DNA from: Rikenella microfusus
Lineage (GTDB): Bacteria; Bacteroidota; Bacteroidia; Bacteroidales; SZUA-534
Length of the DNA: 37,200 bases
Assembly (NCBI GenBank): GCA_020719105.1
Contig: DYQV01000001.1
Location: 1-37,200 of the forward strand
Reading direction: 5' to 3'
This document shows positions 16,715 to 26,123 of the stretch, in pieces (within the stretch, counting starts at the first letter, position 1; each line of letters starts with the position of its first letter). A program made the position numbers and the translations under genes. A model generated the notes under the pieces. That model was not told the origin of the DNA, did no database searches, and saw nothing but the letters and a program-made list of their open reading frames with translations.

Positions 16715-18527
16715 CTATTAAATTTTTTTCTAATATGCGGGTCTCCATGGCAGGTCTGGAAATACTATCGTTCATATATTTTTCAATCATAAGGCTTGCT
16801 ATAGGAGCCGCCCATGTAGCTCCAAAGCCAGCATTTTCAACATACACGGCCAATGCTATTTTTGGATTGTCTTTCGGGGCAAATGCAATAAATATGGAGT
16901 GATCTTCGCCATGTGGATTTTCGGCAGTACCGGTTTTTCCACAAATTTCAATTCCCGGCATTTGGGCAATTCGGCCGGTTCCACCATCATCACCATTCAC
17001 TCCCAGAAACATACCTTCAATAACCGGTTCAAAATTCACCGAGTCAATATTGGTATATTTCCTTACCAAAAAAGGTTTTCGAACCGTATCATAAGTTTCC
17101 GATGTATATTTAATTACATGAGGCACATAGTAATATCCTTTGTTACAAATAGTAGCAGTCAAGTTTGCCATTTGTAATGGGGTCATCAATAATTCTCCTT
17201 GCCCAATTGCCAACGAAACTATATTTAAAGATTTTATGCGATTTCCATGAATACGATTGTAAAGGCCGAGTGTTGGAATATAACCGTTCACTTCGTGTGG
17301 TAGATCAATCCCAAGCTTTTGTCCAAAACCAAATAAAGTAACTGAATTCCGCCAAACGCTGTAGGCATTGTCAATGGTTCCATATTTAGGTGCATCCAAA
17401 ATGTATCGAAAAACATTGGCATAATAGGCATTGCATGAATGCTGGATTGAGTGTTTAAGGTCAAGTGGGCTCCGGTGGCTGTGGCAGCCCATGTGAAAAT
17501 TTCCAATAGTATAACCTCCGTAACACGAAAATACGGTCGAAGGCCTAATAATTCCCTCTTGGAGCCCAATTAATGCATTTACCAATTTAAAGGTTGAACC
17601 GGGAGGATACCTCGCCATCAGAGGCCTATCAAACAATGGAAGTAAAGAATCATTTTTCAGCTTGTCATAATTTATGGTCCGGTTACGCCCAACCAATAAA
17701 TCAGGATCAAAACCCGGAGAACTTACTAAAGCCAAAACTTCACCGGTAGCCGGTTCTATGGCTACAATGCTGCCTCTTTTATTTTTCATCAGAGCCTCGC
17801 CATAAGCTTGCAACTTGGCATCAATGGTTAAGGTTATATTTTCACCATGAATGGCTATGGTATCAAACTTACCTTCTTTAAAACGTCCTTTTATGCGGTT
17901 GTGCACATCAACCATATAAATTTCAACTCCTTTCTTACCACGAAGTACCTTTTCATACGATTTTTCGACACCACTTATACCAATATAGTCTCCCGGTTTA
18001 TAATACGGATCTTTTTTAGTTAATTCGTCATCCACCTCACCAATGTATCCTAAAACATGGGCTCCAATTTTTTCAGGATATTTACGCAAAGTTCGGGTTT
18101 GAACAAAAAACCCTTTAAATGTATAAAGCTTTTCTTGCAATGGGGCGTAATTCCTAGCTGAAATCTGCTTTTCAAAAACTGATGGTTTGTAATTTGAATA
18201 ACTTTTTGCAGCCTTTAGCCTTTGAATAATTTGTTCTTTTGTCAAATCAAGCAATAGCCCTAATTGATTGGTATCAAAAGGCTCTACTTGTCTGGGGATT
18301 ACTAAAATATCATAAGCAGCTTCATTATATACCATAAGATTTCCATTCCGGTCGTAAATTAAACCTCGTGATGGAAACTGGGTCTCATACCGTAGCACAT
18401 TATTTGAGGCTGATAATTTATACGATTGATCGACAATCTGCAAAAAGAATAATCTAATTATATAAATCAGAATTATAAGACTAAATATTCCTCCAATAAT
18501 ATACTTTCGGCTTAGATATGGGTTCAT
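16701..18527 (-). CDS. mrdA: Penicillin-binding protein 2 (elongasome transpeptidase)
   Basis: N-terminal TM anchor, then SxxK (GSTFK), SxN (HSCNAY) and KTGTA motifs. It overlaps rodA by 14 nt and mreD by 4 nt (ATGA). Confidence 0.95.
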   Translation of the reverse strand: MNPYLSRKYIIGGIFSLIILIYIIRLFFLQIVDQSYKLSASNNVLRYETQFPSRGLIYDRNGNLMVYNEAAYDILVIPRQVEPFDTNQLGLLLDLTKEQIIQRLKAAKSYSNYKPSVFEKQISARNYAPLQEKLYTFKGFFVQTRTLRKYPEKIGAHVLGYIGEVDDELTKKDPYYKPGDYIGISGVEKSYEKVLRGKKGVEIYMVDVHNRIKGRFKEGKFDTIAIHGENITLTIDAKLQAYGEALMKNKRGSIVAIEPATGEVLALVSSPGFDPDLLVGRNRTINYDKLKNDSLLPLFDRPLMARYPPGSTFKLVNALIGLQEGIIRPSTVFSCYGGYTIGNFHMGCHSHRSPLDLKHSIQHSCNAYYANVFRYILDAPKYGTIDNAYSVWRNSVTLFGFGQKLGIDLPHEVNGYIPTLGLYNRIHGNRIKSLNIVSLAIGQGELLMTPLQMANLTATICNKGYYYVPHVIKYTSETYDTVRKPFLVRKYTNIDSVNFEPVIEGMFLGVNGDDGGTGRIAQMPGIEICGKTGTAENPHGEDHSIFIAFAPKDNPKIALAVYVENAGFGATWAAPIASLMIEKYMNDSISRPAMETRILEKNLIDEQP

Positions 18528-19033
18528 TTCTTTCTAAATATTATATATTGGCTAAGCACAATAAGAAGGATGGTGAAAAATGTGCTAACTAGGGTTCGCC
18601 AAAATATGAGGTAGAAGGCATTGAAATTATAAGCCTCAACTAAAAATAAAAACAAGTGGTGACTAAAAACTAGAATCAACGAATATTTTATAAACCAATT
18701 AAATCCAAGTAAATGTATTGATGGGGAGGTACCTGATTCATAAGTATCGCGAGTAGTAATAACTTGAAGAACAATTGGCCGTAAAAAACCCATAAACACA
18801 GTTGCTGATGCGTGCATTCCCAGTGTATCGCAGAACATATCAATGGTTAGACCTAGAATAAATGATAAAAATAAAAGAAGCCAATTGGGCGTTTGAAATG
18901 GCAGCAAAAGAACAAATAAAACATATAGATAGGGGTTAATAAACCCACTCACCTGAATGTTATTCAATACCCATACTTGCAACAAAACAAGTATAATAAA
19001 CAGCAATAAATATCTTGGGAGCAGTTTACTCAT
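18524..19033 (-). CDS. mreD: Rod shape-determining protein MreD
   Basis: 169-aa polytopic membrane protein between mreC and mrdA, overlapping both neighbours. Confidence 0.85.
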   Translation of the reverse strand: MSKLLPRYLLLFIILVLLQVWVLNNIQVSGFINPYLYVLFVLLLPFQTPNWLLLFLSFILGLTIDMFCDTLGMHASATVFMGFLRPIVLQVITTRDTYESGTSPSIHLLGFNWFIKYSLILVFSHHLFLFLVEAYNFNAFYLIFWRTLVSTFFTILLIVLSQYIIFRKK

Positions 19034-19856
19034 GACTTGATTCGGTCTCTAATTGTATCTGTTCTTGGTATAAAAGATTTTTGATAACCATTACATGTTC
19101 AAGTTTTTTGAAATCTACTGCAAGTTGCACTTTCACTTCAAGGAATTCACCCGTATCGCTCTTATCAACTTCACTTACAATTCCCACCAATTCACCTTTT
19201 GGAAACATTGCAGAATAACCACTGGTAATAACTGTATCGCCAATTGAAACTGAAACATGGCTTGGCAACTCGGAAAAAGTTATATACTGGTAATTAGCTC
19301 CATTCCAATTAATCGATCCAAAATAACCCGACTTTTTGAACATGGCACTTATTTTCAAATTCTGATTTAGCAAACTAATAACAGAAGCATAATTAGCAGA
19401 AACATCCTTTACCACTCCCACAATACCTTCAGGTGAAACTACGGCCATGCCTTTATCAATTCCTTGCTTTCGACCTATATTCAGGGTAAGAAAATTATTG
19501 GCCTTATTAACTGAATTATTAATTACTGAAGCATTTAAAAATTGATACTGTTGTTGATAGATTGTGTCGTAAACATTTATCAATGACACCTTATCCTGCT
19601 TAAAAGAGGTTAGGGAAGTATTGCGGCTATCAGTTATAATATTCATCAGTTGAAGGTTCTTGTCCTTCAAACTTAAATACTGGCTTATTGAAGAAAATTT
19701 TTTATAAACAATTCCTGAAATTTGATTTGACGAATTTAAAAAAGAAGCCTTCTGATAATCGTTATATTGAATGAGAAGAAAAAATGAAAAAAATTCCATT
19801 AAAAGGAATAAAATGATAAAATGGTAAGTGTAAAAAAAATTTAATAAACTTCTCAT
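19026..19856 (-). CDS. mreC: Rod shape-determining protein MreC
   Basis: N-terminal TM segment, then the beta-rich domains typical of MreC (GIVGVVKDVSANYASVISL; GELVGIVSEV). It is directly downstream of mreB. Confidence 0.9.
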   Translation of the reverse strand: MRSLLNFFYTYHFIILFLLMEFFSFFLLIQYNDYQKASFLNSSNQISGIVYKKFSSISQYLSLKDKNLQLMNIITDSRNTSLTSFKQDKVSLINVYDTIYQQQYQFLNASVINNSVNKANNFLTLNIGRKQGIDKGMAVVSPEGIVGVVKDVSANYASVISLLNQNLKISAMFKKSGYFGSINWNGANYQYITFSELPSHVSVSIGDTVITSGYSAMFPKGELVGIVSEVDKSDTGEFLEVKVQLAVDFKKLEHVMVIKNLLYQEQIQLETESSHE

Positions 19857-19892
19857 GTATTATTTTATCCTTCAAAAAGAATTAATGCTCAA

Positions 19893-20918
19893 CTATTTAA
19901 TTAAAAACGAAAATCTATCAGAATTTTTCAAGGCAATTCCTGTACCCCTTGCCACAGCATGTAATGGATCTTCAGCTACATGGAAAGGAATTTTGGTTTT
20001 TTCAGTTAATCTTCTATCTAATCCTCTGAGTAAAGCACCTCCACCGGCAAGGAAAATCCCTTTGCGGTATATATCACTGTATAATTCAGGTGGCGTATGT
20101 TCCAAGGTTGCCATAATGGCTGCTTCAATTTTGCAAATTGAACGGTCTAAACAATGGGCAATTTCTTGATACGAAACGGGTATTTCAATAGGTAAAGCAG
20201 TCATTTGATGGGGTCCTCTAACCATATAATCTGCTGGAGGATCTATCAATTCAGGCATTGCCGAACCCACGTTAATCTTAATATCTTCTGCAGTTCGTTC
20301 GCCAATTTTAATATTGTGCTGATGACGCATGTACTCGCGGATGTCAGCAGTTAAATCGTCACCTGCAATACGAATGCTTTGGTTAGCAACAATACCCCCA
20401 AGAGAAATAACGGCAATTTCTGTAGTACCCCCGCCAATATCAACAACCATGTGACCTTCGGGAGCTTCCACATCTACACCCATACCAATAGCTGCTGCCA
20501 TGGGTTCATAAATCATCAGCACTTCACGTCCTCCGGCATGTTCCGACGAGTCACGTACCGCACGTATTTCAACTTCGGTAGAACCAGAAGGTATGCAAAT
20601 AACAATTTTTAAGGCGGGACTAAAGAGTTGTGTTTTTTTGTTATTTATCATCTTTATCATCCCGCGAATCATCAATTCCGCTGCATTAAAATCGGCAATA
20701 ACCCCATCGCGCAGTGGACGAACCGTTTTAATGTGTTCGTGCGTTTTCCCGTGCATTTGCCGGGCTTTCTCTCCAATGGCAATTAACTTACCGGTTGCCG
20801 TATCAATGGCAACAATTGATGGTTCGTCAACAACTATCTTATCATTATGAATAATGATGGTATTAGCTGTACCAAGATCAATGGCTATTTCTTGTGTTAA
20901 AAATGAAAATAATCCCAT
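19893..20918 (-). CDS. mreB: Actin-like rod shape-determining protein MreB
   Basis: Contains IAIDLGTANT, DIGGGTTEIAVISLGG and GIFLAGGGALLRGLD. Confidence 0.98.
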   Translation of the reverse strand: MGLFSFLTQEIAIDLGTANTIIIHNDKIVVDEPSIVAIDTATGKLIAIGEKARQMHGKTHEHIKTVRPLRDGVIADFNAAELMIRGMIKMINNKKTQLFSPALKIVICIPSGSTEVEIRAVRDSSEHAGGREVLMIYEPMAAAIGMGVDVEAPEGHMVVDIGGGTTEIAVISLGGIVANQSIRIAGDDLTADIREYMRHQHNIKIGERTAEDIKINVGSAMPELIDPPADYMVRGPHQMTALPIEIPVSYQEIAHCLDRSICKIEAAIMATLEHTPPELYSDIYRKGIFLAGGGALLRGLDRRLTEKTKIPFHVAEDPLHAVARGTGIALKNSDRFSFLIK

Positions 20919-20941
20919 TTGTCGTATTTATATTATTTCTG

Positions 20942-22459
20942 TTAATGTTTAAAATGTCGTATTCCTGTAAATACCATGGCAATTTTATGTTCATTACAAT
21001 AATCAATGGTGTCTTTATCCCGAACTGAACCACCTGGCTGAACAACTGAAGTAATTCCTGCCTTAAATGCAATTTCAATAGAATCGGCAAACGGGAAAAA
21101 AGCATCAGAAGCCATCACAGCATCCGCTAATCCATTTTCAAATGCACGGGCTTTTTCAATTGCCTGTTTCAATGCATCTACCCTTGAAGTTTGACCCACT
21201 CCACTTGCAAGCAACTTTTTGTTTTTGACTAAAACTATTGCATTTGATTTGGTATGCTTAACAACTTTTAGGGCAAATTCCAAATCGCTAAATTGTGATT
21301 CATTGGGTGCAACCCCAGTAACCACATTCATTTGATTCCGGCTTTCAACTGCTTGGTTAAATTCCTGAACCAATACGCCATTGAGAACCGTCCTTATCTG
21401 CTTAATGGATTGTTTTTTACGGTGATCGATTACAACTATTCGCTTATCCTTTTTTAAGAGTAATTCAAGGGCACTTTTTTCAAAGGCAGGGGCAATCAAT
21501 ACTTCGTAAAAAAGCTTATCAATTTCTTTGGCTGTTTCCAAATCAATTACGGTGTTTGTAACTAATACGCCACCAAAAGCTGAAACAGGATCGCCAGAAA
21601 GAGCTTCCTTCCATGCATCAACAAGTTTGGAACGCGATGCAATTCCGCAAGCATTGTTATGTTTTAAAACGGCAAAGGTGGTTTCGTTAAATTCATCCAT
21701 TAATTTAACGGCAGCATCCATATCAAGAATATTGTTATAGCTTACAGCCTTACCACCCAAAATAGTAAACGATTCATCAAAATCACCATAGAAAGCAGCT
21801 TTCTGATGTGGGTTTTCACCATACCTCAGATTCATACATTTTGAAAACTCTGCTTTATAACTGGTTGGATTTTCCTTATCGAAAAAATTAAAAATTGCTG
21901 AATCGTAATGAGAGGAAGTGTCAAAAGCCTGAAGGGCAAATTTTTTCCGTTGAGCAAGGGTGGTTTCCCCATGTTGGCTTTTAAGGATTGAAAGCAACTC
22001 ATCGTATTGATTTCGGGAACTGATTATGACCACATCGTTATAGTTTTTTGCTGCAGCCCTTATCAACGAAATTCCCCCAATATCAATTTTTTCAATAATA
22101 TCATCTTCTGCCGCTCCACTAGCAACTGTTGCCTCAAATGGATATAAATCGACAATTACTAAATCAATTTCATTAATTTCATATTGCTCCAAATGCTTTT
22201 TATCTTCAGCGTTTTCTCTTCGGGCAAGTATTCCGCCAAATACTTTGGGGTGCAATGTTTTTACCCTTCCGCCTAAAATTGAAGGATACGATGTCAACTC
22301 TTCAACTCCAGTTACTGGAATTTGCATCCCTTTAATAAAATCATAAGTTCCCCCAGTGGAAAAGAATTTAACTCCTAATTGGTTTAATTCTCTTACTAAT
22401 GGTTCTAAATTATCTTTATGGTAAACTGAAATTAATGCGCTTTTAATCCTTTTCAACAT
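20942..22459 (-). CDS. purH: Bifunctional AICAR formyltransferase / IMP cyclohydrolase
   Basis: 505 aa. The N-terminal MGS-like IMPCH domain has ALISVYHKDNL, GGRVKTLHP and IDLVIVDLYPF; the C-terminal AICARFT domain has RYGENPHQ and GQTSRVD. Confidence 0.97.
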   Translation of the reverse strand: MLKRIKSALISVYHKDNLEPLVRELNQLGVKFFSTGGTYDFIKGMQIPVTGVEELTSYPSILGGRVKTLHPKVFGGILARRENAEDKKHLEQYEINEIDLVIVDLYPFEATVASGAAEDDIIEKIDIGGISLIRAAAKNYNDVVIISSRNQYDELLSILKSQHGETTLAQRKKFALQAFDTSSHYDSAIFNFFDKENPTSYKAEFSKCMNLRYGENPHQKAAFYGDFDESFTILGGKAVSYNNILDMDAAVKLMDEFNETTFAVLKHNNACGIASRSKLVDAWKEALSGDPVSAFGGVLVTNTVIDLETAKEIDKLFYEVLIAPAFEKSALELLLKKDKRIVVIDHRKKQSIKQIRTVLNGVLVQEFNQAVESRNQMNVVTGVAPNESQFSDLEFALKVVKHTKSNAIVLVKNKKLLASGVGQTSRVDALKQAIEKARAFENGLADAVMASDAFFPFADSIEIAFKAGITSVVQPGGSVRDKDTIDYCNEHKIAMVFTGIRHFKH

Positions 22460-22625
22460 AATTTAATCTTGATAGACCCTTTCAAATAAAAACACCTAAA
22501 TATACACCCTAATTATATTGAACAAATATAGAACTAAAAATAGTTAATTCACCGATACAATAAGCTTAAAAGGAAAATAAATGTATCTTTTATATTTAAA
22601 AAATAAGATGAAACAATCTGTTTTT

Positions 22626-23327
22626 TTAGCCAAGAGTACTTATCCTATCCAATTTTTTCATGTCTAGAATCTTTATCTTTCTTCCACTGATTGAGATAAC
22701 CCCTTCACTAGCAAATGTTGATAAAGTTCTAATGGCATTCGAAGTAGTCATATTTGAAAGGTTGGCAATATCTTCCCTCGACAAAAATATTTTAATGGTT
22801 GATTCGTCATCTTCTAATCCATAGGTGTCTTTAAGGAAAACTATAGATTCGGCTAAACGTCCACGAATATGCTTCTGTGTTAAAGCAACCGTTCTTCTGT
22901 TTGAAAATCCCAAATCAGTAGCTAGCGAACGTATTAATCCTAAGGCAAAATCACTGTTCTCACGAATCAGTTTCATTAAATCTTCTTTATCAACAATGCA
23001 AACAGTAGTATCTTCTAATGCTACCGCAGTGGCTATGTGGTGTTCTTCAGCAAAAAGTGCTCTAAATCCCATTAATCCGAAAGGTTTAACCATCCGAACA
23101 ATTTGTTCTCTGCGACCCACCCCTTCTCTAAAAACTTTGACTTTGCCCTCACAAAGAACCAATAGTCCAATTGGATCATCTCCTTCTTTGAACAAAGTAT
23201 CGTTCTTTTTATAATAACCACATGAGTGTCTCTCCCTAACAAATTCAATCTGTTCAGGACGTAACAAAGAAAAGATTGCCTCAGGGGCATCTAAGCATTT
23301 ATCACAATCAATATTTTTTTGCATCAT
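22626..23327 (-). CDS. Crp/Fnr-family transcription regulator with an FNR-like partial cysteine pattern
   Basis: cNMP-binding-type beta-roll (LFKEGDDPIGLLVLCEGKVKVF) and a C-terminal HTH (REDIANLSNMTTSNAIRTLSTF). Cysteines are at residues 8, 11, 36, 59 and 110. Confidence 0.88.
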   Translation of the reverse strand: MMQKNIDCDKCLDAPEAIFSLLRPEQIEFVRERHSCGYYKKNDTLFKEGDDPIGLLVLCEGKVKVFREGVGRREQIVRMVKPFGLMGFRALFAEEHHIATAVALEDTTVCIVDKEDLMKLIRENSDFALGLIRSLATDLGFSNRRTVALTQKHIRGRLAESIVFLKDTYGLEDDESTIKIFLSREDIANLSNMTTSNAIRTLSTFASEGVISISGRKIKILDMKKLDRISTLG

Positions 23328-23364
23328 TCTATAACTATTTTATGCTGAATAACATGATAAAATC

Positions 23365-23372
23365 CAAAAATA
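23365..23372 (-). promoter_or_regulatory. -7 promoter box (TAnnTTTG) for the Crp/Fnr gene
   Basis: The minus strand reads tatttttg, 37 nt upstream of the ATG at 23327. Confidence 0.5.
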
Positions 23373-23425
23373 TAAAAACTTAACTATTTAATCACATAAA
23401 AAATGATATATTATTCTGATTCTTA

Positions 23426-24829
23426 TCACCGTTTTTCAAGTAACACTATATTTTCAACATGGTGGGTATGAGGAAACATATCAACCGGTTGAACTTTTGT
23501 AATTTTATACACCTCTTTTAATAAATCGATATCTCTAGCTTGGGTAGCTGGATTACAGCTTACATAAACAATTTTTTCGGGATCGCACTTCTTAATTGCT
23601 TCAACAACTGATGGATGCATTCCAGCGCGTGGTGGATCCGTAATAATTACATTTGGGTTTCCATGGGTTAGAACAAAATCATCAGTAAGTACATCTTTCA
23701 TATCGCCTGCAAAAAATTGCACATTATTAATGTTATTCATTTTAGCATTATACTTAGCATCCTTCACCGCATCATCAACATACTCTACACCAATAACTTT
23801 TAAAGCCTTACCCGCAATAAAACACGCAATAGTTCCTGTACCGGTATATAAGTCGTAAACAGTTTCATTCCCATTAAGATCAGCAAAATCGCGTACTTTT
23901 AAATATAGCTGATAGGCTTGATTTGAATTGGTTTGATAAAAAGATTTGGGTCCTATTTTAAATTTCAGGTTTTCCATTTGTTCATAAATGCAATCCTGAC
24001 CGCTATAAATAACTGACTCTAAATCGGAATAAGAATCGTTTACTTTTTTATTGATAATGTATTGCAAGGAGGTAATTTTTGAACCGAATGTTTCCAAAAG
24101 AAATTTCATTACCTCCTGAATGGCTTCAGTTTGGTCAGTACCAAAAATAACAATTACCATTACTTCACCGGTAGTAGAAGTACGAATGATAATATTCCGA
24201 AGAAACCCACTGTTACTGCGTTGATTGTAGAACTCATATCCTTTTTCTAAGGCAAAATTTCGAACTGCCAACCGGATCTCATTGCTGGGTTCCGGCTGCA
24301 AATAGCAATGTTCTACATCAATAATTTTATCAAAAAAACCTGGAATATGAAAACCAAGGGCATTATAGCTTTTTGCTTCAAGTTCCATTTCTTTTTTTGA
24401 TAACCACTTGTGAACTGAAAAAGTGAATTCCAATTTGTTCCTATACTGAGTAGTTGAAGCACTTCCCAAAATTCTTTCTGGTTCAGGGATTTCCAACTTT
24501 CCAATCCGGGTAAGCGCATCAATAACTTGTTGGTGCTTGTAGTTTAACTGTTCGGTATAAGGAAGTATTTGCCAATTGCATCCTCCACAGGTACCATAAT
24601 GTTTACAAAATGCTATTTCCCGTTGGGTTGAATATTCGTGAAAATGCACTGCCTTAGCTTCCATGTATTTTTTTCGCTTTTTCCCCACCTGTAAATCAAC
24701 CACATCGCCCGGAACAACAAATGGCACAAACACCACTTGATCGTTGAATCTGGCTATTGCCTTTCCTTCGGCAGCTATGCTTTGAATAACTATTTTTTCA
24801 AGTAATGGATTGTTTTTTTTCCTACCCAC
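23426..24829 (-). CDS. rlmD: 23S rRNA (uracil-C5)-methyltransferase, RumA/RlmD type (TRAM + Fe-S + SAM MTase)
   Basis: TRAM-like N-terminus, Cys cluster CKHYGTCGGCNWQ, SAM motif DLYTGTGTI and catalytic YVSCNPAT. The start appears to be GTG at 24829, and the exact start is uncertain. Confidence 0.88.
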   Translation of the reverse strand: MGRKKNNPLLEKIVIQSIAAEGKAIARFNDQVVFVPFVVPGDVVDLQVGKKRKKYMEAKAVHFHEYSTQREIAFCKHYGTCGGCNWQILPYTEQLNYKHQQVIDALTRIGKLEIPEPERILGSASTTQYRNKLEFTFSVHKWLSKKEMELEAKSYNALGFHIPGFFDKIIDVEHCYLQPEPSNEIRLAVRNFALEKGYEFYNQRSNSGFLRNIIIRTSTTGEVMVIVIFGTDQTEAIQEVMKFLLETFGSKITSLQYIINKKVNDSYSDLESVIYSGQDCIYEQMENLKFKIGPKSFYQTNSNQAYQLYLKVRDFADLNGNETVYDLYTGTGTIACFIAGKALKVIGVEYVDDAVKDAKYNAKMNNINNVQFFAGDMKDVLTDDFVLTHGNPNVIITDPPRAGMHPSVVEAIKKCDPEKIVYVSCNPATQARDIDLLKEVYKITKVQPVDMFPHTHHVENIVLLEKR

Positions 24830-24901
24830 AATTCTAAAATTTTATAATTTGCAAATATGTGAAGAAATTTCAATGATTATGCCTTTTAATACCTATTAAA
24901 A

Positions 24902-24929
24902 CAAAAAAAGCCGCTCCAAAGAGCGGCTT
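24902..24929 (-). terminator. gapA rho-independent terminator
   Basis: 8-bp stem agccgctc / gagcggct with a 4-nt loop and a T7 run on the minus strand, 23 nt after the gapA stop. Confidence 0.88.
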
Positions 24930-24951
24930 GTATTTATTTTGAATAGCAAAA

Positions 24952-25977
<1,026 letters not shown>

Positions 25978-26075
25978 TTAAATATTAAATTACAAATTGA
26001 ACGCTACATGAATCAAAAACAAAAAATATGTTTTTAAAAATGCGCACAAATTTAAAAATTCGTATTTCAAAAAGC

Positions 26076-26102
26076 AAAAAAAAGCCGGACAATTGCCCGG
26101 CT
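26076..26102 (-). terminator. Rho-independent terminator after the T9SS cargo gene
   Basis: Stem agccgg / ccggct with an 8-nt loop and a T8 run on the minus strand, ~20 nt after the stop at 26124. Confidence 0.8.
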
Positions 26103-26123
26103 TTCTGTCAAATAAATTTTTAT

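Noticed and set aside
22460-22625. ZTP (pfl) riboswitch upstream of purH
   Set aside because: I looked for the conserved GGGUCGUGAC / CCGCCUGGGC-type elements on the minus strand and found none. The leader is AT-rich with no convincing pseudoknot-forming segments.
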